A DNA stretch of 64,000 nt. Source: Octopus sinensis. Taxonomy: Eukaryota. Below are positions 54,455 through 64,000 of the stretch, one piece after another. The stretch's first letter is position 1, and every line of letters begins with the position of its first letter. The translations under genes and the position numbers were made by a program. The notes under the pieces are model-generated. The model had not been told where the DNA came from. It ran no database searches and saw nothing but the letters and a program-made list of their open reading frames with translations. Location of the stretch: the NCBI RefSeq assembly GCF_006345805.1, contig NW_021834615.1:1-64000 (forward strand). The letters run 5' to 3'.

Positions 54455-57400
54455 ATCGAATTTACATTCGTTTTTACATGAAACTTTATGTTGGCGAATC
54501 ATAAAATATAATATAATAAAGCAACATATACGTTTCTTGTAATTGTGTTTCGCAGTATTTTATCCAACTAATATATGTCGTTAAATAAATTGCTGCTACA
54601 AGTTTTCAGAAAATATTCAAAACGAAACAACAGAGACGTCATAGAATGTGACAAATAGTTTGAGAGAACGATGTAATCCTAATCCTCAGAGAATGATTCT
54701 AGAATACATTGTATGAGGTTCAGTTTATCATTTAAATGTTGAAATAAAATGATGATTCGTTTAAATGTGTTGTATTCCGTCTTAAAATGAAAACAATCCC
54801 CAAATGAAACACCTCCGTACAAATATATCACCCTTTCATGATCAATCTTTAAAAAAACACGATAAAAGCTTATAACTAACATCACTAAATCATGATGGGT
54901 TAATAAAAAAAATACTCCCATACGTATCATTGTAACTACAATCGATGCGATGAAAGTTCTGCAATCCAATCGCGGATATTACCTAATAATGTTGACAACC
55001 TTACTACTTGTCAGGTTACTAACACATTGAAGTTTTCACGAAACACTTTCGACAAGGGTATAAGTACACGTCCCACGAAGAACTATTTTCAACCTACATT
55101 CACATATTCCACATCCAGCTTTTCTACAAATCAACACACACACACCAGCCTCGCGTCACATTACACACGCAGCCTCTCATCGTTCCCTGAAAACTCATGT
55201 GCCAAAATAAAATGTGAAACCACCAAGAAATAAGAGTAGACTTCAAGAACGGCATCAACCGAATCTACAGCAACACCACAAAACATCGAGTTCAACAAAT
55301 TATCGCGATCTGTAACATAAACTATCAAACTCGCAGAAGAGGAACTTGCTTCGAGATACATGCATACAATAACTGTAACACACATAAACGACTTAGTAAG
55401 GAAAGGAAGACGACTTATAAAATATACATTAGGTGGAATCAGTGCAACATGTTGAGTCTTTCACACTATACCCAGCATGATTGCTCCTTGTATGTGGGAG
55501 TTTGTAGAATGGCTGCCAGATAAACGAAGGTATCCGTGGAAAGAGGGTTCTGTGGGTGGCAGCACGTTTTTTGTCCGATTCATTGCGTGCCATAAGAATG
55601 CTCGATTGTGAAAAAGCTAGAGAAAAAGAATATAATTAAGTAATATGAAAGCACGAAATGCAAATTGACAAATGAATATATGGAAACATTCAACATGGCG
55701 TTTCCAGTGAACAGTATTAGCGCTCAGTATTAGGCATAAGCAATTTTTAGGTTCGTTAAAATGTGCTAATGGCATATTTCAAACTCTAAACGCAAATTCT
55801 GTGCAAAAAGTTGCAAAAACAGCATATCAGTCCAGTGCTGCTCCCTATCGGGTTCCAGTTCAGCCGTTATCAAAAGAATACCGAAGAGGGGAATATCTGG
55901 ACAAACTTAAAGCCATAGCTTTAACTAAAACATAGTCAACAACAACGAGTAAGTGACGCCATTAGAGCGCCAGGCTGGAGTCTGTCGTGAGTTACCTCCC
56001 TTCGGTATTTCTCTCTGATAAATTCTTCGCTAGAGGAGTTGACTTCAAACTTGTGCCCCAACAGTAACTGCGGTCGCTCGTACGTGCCCGCATCTTTCCT
56101 TGTGTGTGTGGTGTGTGTGTGTGTGTGTGTTTTGTATGCGTGTGTTTGTATGTGTGTGTGTGTGTGTCAGTGTGTGTGTGTGGGTGGGTGTTTGTGTGTT
56201 TGCATGTATGTGTGTGTGTGTGTGTCAATGTGTGTATGTCAGTGTGTGTGTGAGTGTCAGTGTGTGTGTGTGTGTGTGTGTCAGTGTGTGTGTGTATCAG
56301 TGTGTGTGTATGTATCAGTGTGTGTGTGTGTGTATCAGTGTGTGTGGTGTGGGTGTGTGGGTGTGTGGGTGTGTGTGTGTGTGTGTTTTCATGTGTGTGT
56401 GTGTGTAGGTGTGTGTGTCAGTGAGTGTGTGTATGTCAATGTGTGTGTGAGTGTCAGTGTGTGTGTGTCAGTGTGTGTGTGTCACTGTATGTGTGTGTCA
56501 GTATGTTTGAGTGTGTGTGTCAGTGTGTGTGTGGTCAGTGTGTGTGTGTCAGTGTGTGTGTGTATGTGTGTATGTCAGTGTGTGTGTGTGTTTGTCAGTG
56601 TGTGTGTGTATGTGTGTGTATCAGTGTGTGTGTGTGTGTGTGTGTCAGTGTGTGTGTGTTTATGTGTGTGTGTCAGTGTGTGTGTGTATGTCAGTGGTGT
56701 GTGTGTGTGTGTGTCAGTGTGTGTATGTGTATGTGTGGTGTCAGTGTGTGTGTGTATCAGTGTGCGTGTGTTGGTGTGGGTTTGTTTGCATGTGTGTGTC
56801 ATGTGTGTGTATGTCAGCGTGTGTGTGTGTGTTTGTGTGTCAGTGTGTGTGGTGTGTGTGTGTCAGTGTGTGTGCGTCACTGTGTGTGTGTGTCAGTATG
56901 TGTGTATGTTAGTGTGTGTGTGTGTCAGTGTGTGTGTATGTGTATGTATGAAAGTGTGTTCGTGTGTATGTGTGTCGTTGTGTGTGTGTGTATGTCTATG
57001 TGTGTGTGTGTGTCAGTGTGTGTGTGTGTGTGTCAGTGTGCGCGAGTGTATGTGTGCCAGTGTCTCTGTGTCTGTGTTTCAGTGTGTGTTTGCGTGTCAG
57101 TGTGTGTTTAAGTGTGTGTCTGTCTATTTGTCGGTTGAACAAAATACTTCCCACACTGAATATTAAAACAGTTTCCCAAGAATAACAAATAAAATTAATT
57201 AAAAACATTAGTAAATAAATATATCATAATATATCCAGAAACAGGAATCAGTTCACTTTACACGTGTCTCTCATTCATCAAAATATTTTGCTAATTATTG
57301 TGTGACAATATCAAACCATCTCTTTCCAATAATTAAACCTGTCAGACAAGTTCACACCCGCTTTTACAGTTCCACCAATCGCATTGGTTCATAAATTTAC

Positions 57401-57543
57401 GATAAGATCTATGCCAGAGCTGGGTTGTTGTGCGCTCAATAAATACGTGGAATTCAGTTACAGGTCTTCAGCTTAAACCTCGCATCTCGATCTTTTGTTG
57501 AAGCCACACGAAGTATCACGTACGACCGACAACTGTCACCAGA

Positions 57544-57687
57544 ATGGATTTCGCACAACTGTCCAGGAATATTTCGCAGCGTTATTCCATTTCTTCTCTC
57601 ATAGCTTTTGGGGTTCTTCTCGTTCTGACAATCGTGATTCTTCATCAAGATTCAAGAATAGGAAAAATGGAAGAGAAATCGAAAACG
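57544..57687 (+). CDS. Gene copy 4, exon 1
   Basis: 144 nt, same peptide as copy 3 exon 1; GTAAGT donor. Confidence 0.8.
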
Positions 57688-58116
57688 GTAAGTCATGGAT
57701 TTTGTGTTAATATATGTATGTCTTTATGTATTTATATATGCATGTATGTATGTATGCATTTACGTATGTATGTATTAATATGTGGATGTATGTATGTACC
57801 GATGGATGGATGGATGTAAGGATGTATGCATGAATCACGTACATATGTTCCTATGGAGCACACACACACACATAAGATCACACACGTAATCACACACGAA
57901 CACACAGGCGCACACACCTAAATATACATATATATACATATACGTATAATTGTATATATAATATACATATATATGTATATATAATATACATATATATGAA
58001 TATATTAGTGCCTGAACATATATGGATATATATATACAAACAAATACATGCGTGTGTGTATCTATCACTGTATCTCTCTGTCTATCCCTCTCTCTCTCTA
58101 TTTATCTATATATATA

Positions 58117-58157
<41 letters not shown>

Positions 58158-58829
58158 TTTATATAAATATATTCTTTTAACCGTTTCAGTCATTTGACTG
58201 CGGCCATGCTAGGGCACTGCGTTCAGTAGAACAAATCGACTTCAGGAATTATTCCTTGTAAGCTATTGCTCATTCTATCGGTATCTCTAGACGATCGGCT
58301 ATGTAACGGGGACGTAAACACACCGACATCAGTTGAGAATCGATAGCGGTGCGACAATAACAGACACATACATAAAACATAGATACATACACACTATGTG
58401 TGGTATACACACACGCACACACACAAATCAATATATATATATATATACATATCATATATACATACACACATATATTACGTATGTATGTACATACATATCT
58501 ATCTATCTATCTATATATCTATCTATGTATATCTATCTATCTATCTATATATATATATATATATATAGGGATAAATAAAAATATGCATACATACAAACAT
58601 ATATGTACGTACCTACATCTACATGTATATATACATGCATATATAAATAATTATACGGAAGTACAGGACATCACAATAGACGTAGAAACAGAAAAAGCCA
58701 AAAAACAAAAAACAAGAAAACGGAAAACGAAAACCAAATACAGGACAGGTTACACAAGGACAAAACCCCCGTCATCAGCTGTCGCTAGAGGAGTCAGGCA
58801 TGTTTCGAAGGCATATAATATATATATAT

Positions 58830-58866
<37 letters not shown>

Positions 58867-59766
58867 GGATATATATATATCTGTCAGATATGATGTAATC
58901 GTATATTCTATTTCTATTTCCATGTCTTGTTATATTTGCAATATATTATGTATAATGTCATTGCTGTTATGTAATGGTTTATAAAGTATTGATTGGGTAT
59001 TATCTGATGGTTGATGATTGATTTAGATATGTTTCTCCATTTTCTTTTTTGCATATATATATATATATCTATATACATACATATACACACATCCCAAGTA
59101 AACACAAAGAAGGGTGTAATTGTACTCCTGTCCGATCGCTCTTTCACCAGACTTAATCCTGGAGAGGGAAATAAGTGCGTAACGGAAAAATTTAACGGTG
59201 GGGTTCTAGCATGGCCATGCCTGTCGCTGCAACGTTTAGCCCTATTAATATTAGTGTTAAGTATTATATCTAGATGTACACTTACACACACGCACACAGA
59301 AACTGACACATGCAAACACACACACACGCACACATAGGAATACGTACATATTTACACACATTTATCTATTTCTCTCCATCAGGAACGGAAGTGAGGCGAG
59401 TTTTTTGAATCTTTTCTTTCCAACTGAAAATAAAACGTGCGAGTGCCAATGTAGATCGGTGAAATTCGTAATGTTTGACTGTAATTCACGTTGGTTTTTA
59501 TATATGACAATATGTAAGAACGAATGTAAATACATACACACAGACACACGGACAAACACACGCACAAATAAACACAAACACACACACATACGCACACACA
59601 CAGACACACGTGCTCAATTGTACACGAACAACCACACTATACAGTGTATGTCCACTCACATATATGTGTGCGTTTGTGTGTGTGTATGCGTATAAGTAGA
59701 TACGTATATTTGTGATATTTATGGTGTGTATGCTTAAGTATACGTACATACCTATATATTGATATG

Positions 59767-59815
<49 letters not shown>

Positions 59816-59816
<1 letters not shown>

Positions 59817-59870
59817 GGGCTTCCTGATGATTTCATTTGAATGAAACAGTTCTAGTCCTGTAGAAGCTCC
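59816..59870 (+). ncRNA. Type I hammerhead ribozyme in a 140-bp (TA)n insertion
   Basis: GGGGCUUC-CUGAUGA-UUUCAUUUGAAU-GAAA-CAG-UUCUAGUC-CUG-UA-GAAGCUCC; 8-bp stem I, 4-bp stem III, U-U at the stem II base. Confidence 0.85.
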
Positions 59871-59950
59871 TTCTATAAAATAAATTAATTTACTCTGCTA
59901 TGTATTGAGTACCTTATTTACTGTGGTTAACCCCGACTCAACCCGGGACC

Positions 59951-60032
<82 letters not shown>

Positions 60033-61750
60033 ATGTCTGTGTGGAGGCGCAGTGGCCCAAGGGTTAGGGCAGCGGTCTCATGGTTGCCGGATCGCGGTTT
60101 CGATTCCCAGACTGGGCGTTGTGAGTGTTTAATGCTGCACGAAGCTCAGTGAGTTGGGTTGTTGTGATCACTCTTTCTTCTGTTGGCCCGCTCGCTTAGC
60201 CAGCAGGGTGGCGTCATTTTAAGGCTAAAACAACGCGAAGCGCATTGTGACCAGCGATATGTAGCAACAACTGATAGCCTACTCTGTGACGGTGATCACG
60301 GAGATATATGCATCATATGCACACAATACACACACACACATACATACACACGTACATACACACACACCAGCACAGATGCCCACATATACCTTTAACGAAC
60401 AATACTCATACAGATACGCACACACTTATACACACACACGCACATACACGTACTTTAGCGCACACACGCACACAAGCACACGCACGCACATTACGCCCAC
60501 ACAACTTCAAAAAAAACCCTACACACACGCATGCATATATATGTATACACACAAACGCACAGTTACTCACCACACAAACTCTACACGCATACACACACAT
60601 ACACACCGATACATATACATACACGCAATATATGCCTACACGCGCACACACACACATACACATCCGTATACACATATAGACACAGACACACACACACGCA
60701 CGCAAAAACATGCGCACACACACACACACACGAATGCACACACCGAAAACTCACATCCACGGATACAGGTATATACACCTATATACGCTTACTCACACAC
60801 ATACAAACGCACGTGTACGCGCACACACAGCTACATGAACATGTGAGACGCATGCACATACATACATACACATAAATGAACCCACACATACATCCCATAC
60901 ACACGGCACACAAATATACAAACACGCACACAATTATACATACATGTATACACACAAACGCACAGTTATTCGCCACACACCCAAACTCTACGCATACACA
61001 CACACACAAACACACATGTGTCATCATTGCACACATACACACACGCACACATACAGAAAGTAAAGCATAGTTATTCGCCAAACACCCTAACTCTACGCCT
61101 ACACACACGAACACACACATACATACACACACACTACAAACAAAACACACACACGATACATATACATACACGCACACACACACATACTTCACACTAGCGG
61201 TACCTACTACTTGACCTGGGGTAGAGACAAAAGGAGCCACGCCCAATTCCTTCTCCCTTGATCTTAACACTACTAACCCTACAACACGCAAAGTTTAACA
61301 GCCACAACCACACACACATACACACACACATGCACACACACACACACACGTGTCATCATTGCACACATACGCACATACACACACACGGACATGCAGACCT
61401 ACGATCACGCTCTTATCCATACTTACACACACATTCCTCATCCTCTACCACTCTCCTGTCTTTGAAAGAACTTTTCTTCCCCAATTTTCTTCCGGTCATT
61501 CAAAATGTGACGGCGTGTGTACCGTTGGCGATTTTTTTTCCTCTGTCTTCCCTCCTCGTATGTTTCCGACGAAGAGCTCTGCTCGAAACGTTAAACCCTC
61601 CTCCTTCCCTTCTTTCCTAAGCGTCAAATATTACTATATTTGTTCCACGTCCTCGCATTGTTGTGTTTTTTAGTGCTTTCTTGTTTAGATTAAATTTAAC
61701 TATATATATACATGTGTGAGTGTATATATATATATATATGTGTAGAAATA

Positions 61751-61783
<33 letters not shown>

Positions 61784-61806
61784 ATGTGTGCGTGTGTGTG
61801 TGTGTA

Positions 61807-62394
61807 CTTGAAGACATACCCGGTATTGCTGGGGATTCAAATGGCAAAGATGGTATATAATATATTCCAGTCATTTTGAAACAGGTGATATGGGAAAGTG
61901 CAACATTGACAACAAAACATTTGTTGAGTAAATGCTGGGCTAACTCGACTAAGCAACATGCTATGCGTCCGTTTGGAGTGTTTCAGGCCCTAACCTGTCA
62001 TGCAAAATTGGAGGTGGGGTTTGTGTGATTTTTGAACGCACCGAAATGCTGTCAGTGGATATACTCTCCTTTGCAGCAGTGTGCGCTGTGTCTAACACGG
62101 CCCATCATCGGAAATTTTGACACTTCACGTCGGGTTTGTTGTCCTACATCACTCATAGAGTAAATTTGGAGGAACTGTGGTTGTTCATTTGTGTGTGTGC
62201 GCGTGTAGGCATATATTGCCCTTGAACTTTGACGTGGGCGTAAATTCATGTTTATCTATCTTCTTAGATTCACCAAACGATGTCATTTGAAATGCAGAGT
62301 TGTATTGTCTGATATTGTTCAAGAAGTCGTTTGACTGAATTGAAGCGCCTTCTAGAAGATTCCTAAGGGGTTGACATGGTTGTGTTGGCAATGA
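61807..62394 (-). mobile_element. Helitron derivative (terminal CTAG mutated)
   Basis: Track ORF 62185-62391 contains DFLNNIRQYNSAFQMTSFG. Confidence 0.75.
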
Positions 62395-62498
62395 TACCTG
62401 TCCGAATATGTTGTTATCTATTGCATTGTTTTAAGTTCGAAACGATAATAAATATCCTGAAGTTCTATTTATATGATGCTATTTCTATTTTTTCAAAG

Positions 62499-62550
62499 AA
62501 CCGTTTCATCTCCAAGAAATCTCTCGACGATAAACCTGATGACACACCAA
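62499..62550 (+). CDS. Gene copy 4, exon 2 (rest of gene beyond window)
   Basis: tttcaaAG|52 nt|GTAAG; NRFISKKSLDDKPDDTP. Confidence 0.65.
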
Positions 62551-64000
62551 GTAAGAACTAATTTTATGGCTAAAGTCTTTTACCCGTGACTCATTAACTA
62601 ATGATTTATAATTTCACCAACTTTGAATTAGTTCCACATTACTATCCATATGTCCACAAAATATATACTAAGACACTTGCCTGAATTTATTTAAAACTAT
62701 GTTCTACTTTACAATAATTTCCTAAATAAAATGTTATTCTTATATACTTATATGCCTTTTATTGTGTGTATATGAGTATACATGCAGTGCTACGTCGATA
62801 ATTGTACCAAGCCCATAAATACAATCATTTGAACATCCATATAAGTATTTTATGGCAACCAGTATATACCCATTAAACTCACCCTCCTGGTAAACCATCC
62901 GCAACATGCCCCAGGGCACGTGATCTTGAGCCTTTCCGTGGTTTACAGCGTATAAACCTTGGAAATAATTCAATGTTGGCTGGAAGATCAGTCTTGAACG
63001 AATCTCTGGTCGGGTGTACTTCGTCCAAGACGGTAATCTTGGGCGCGACAATTTCCCTACATATCTATTCCTGACATTTAGTGTAGATTTTCTATAATTA
63101 GAATACACTCTTTGGTCTCAATTTGAAAAGATTATGATTGTCACCCCATATTACCATTGCCTTGGTGTTTTTTCCAGAGGTCTCATCCACCTAGCATACA
63201 TGGGTCACTCAGAGAATACCATCTGTATTTAAAGTTTCGAAAATATCAAGCCGAACGTGCTTTTCACCAGCAGCTTTATCACTTTTAAGTGAGTTTAGCT
63301 CAAATAAGCCTTCAAACGAAGAAGAACCTGCCGAAAAACATAATACAATCACGAATCCATTTCGAGGTCCAACTTCATTCAGGCGGGTCACTCTCAATTT
63401 GGATGCAAATGTCTCCACATTTTCGTTTCTGATTCCAGCATCCACTGCGGCTTCCAACTGTATTCTGTAGGTCGCACTAGACTTACCAATTTCCAGTGTT
63501 CTGCAGACTGTAGGAATTTTCAGGTTTTTAGACATTTAGGTAGTGACGAGTTGACAACTCCACCCTTCCTTTTACCCGAACGTTCAGCAAAGAGTGAAAG
63601 ATGACCGAAATCTATCAGAAACCTCTGTCACCAAGTATTTCTAAATCAGGCACCCTTATAAATATCCCTGTCTTAAAAGAATATCTATACCATAGAGAGG
63701 AGAAGTGTGTATCCTGCAATGAAGGCTGCTATGACCTCTCCATTAAGTTCACTGACGACATTCCTTCCAATCAATCCTTCTCACGGTTATCAGTGCCAAG
63801 GTGTGCACTGAAGTCTCCTTGCAGGACAAATGACTTTACCCCAAATATATCTAAAGCTGAGGTGAATTTGCTTAGGAAGGATTTGTATTTGACATCGCTG
63901 TTTGCTGCATATACTTACAGAACGCTAAGGGCTCGAAGAAATAGCCATACCGCGTCATCCATCGAGTGGGATAAAAGCAGTTGCCCCCGGATCTTGATTG

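Overview
Eukaryotic, AT-rich, microsatellite-laden DNA. The SINE families look like Octopus/coleoid repeats (recognised from memory, not searched). The backbone is a tandem array of four plus-strand copies of one spliced 4-exon gene (exon 1 at 1036, 23597, 38878, 57544). It encodes a ~256-aa protein: N-terminal hydrophobic anchor, short linker and a 10-Cys 'short-chain collagen C4 / spongin-related' C-terminal domain, with no Gly-X-Y repeats. Copy 1 is in frame, copy 2 has three 1-nt deletions, copy 3 has one 1-nt insertion, and copy 4 runs off the window. Introns hold a Penelope-like element, HERO-like RLE-LINE pieces, a full-length Tx1/L1 LINE, RTE remnants, a Helitron derivative, a mariner derivative and SINEs. 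Most striking signal: eight type I hammerhead-ribozyme motifs, each near the end of an insertion sitting in an intronic (TA)n tract. Two of these insertions carry outward-facing hammerheads in long inverted arms. Most long ORFs in the track are microsatellite artefacts. All alignments, translations and folds were done by eye.
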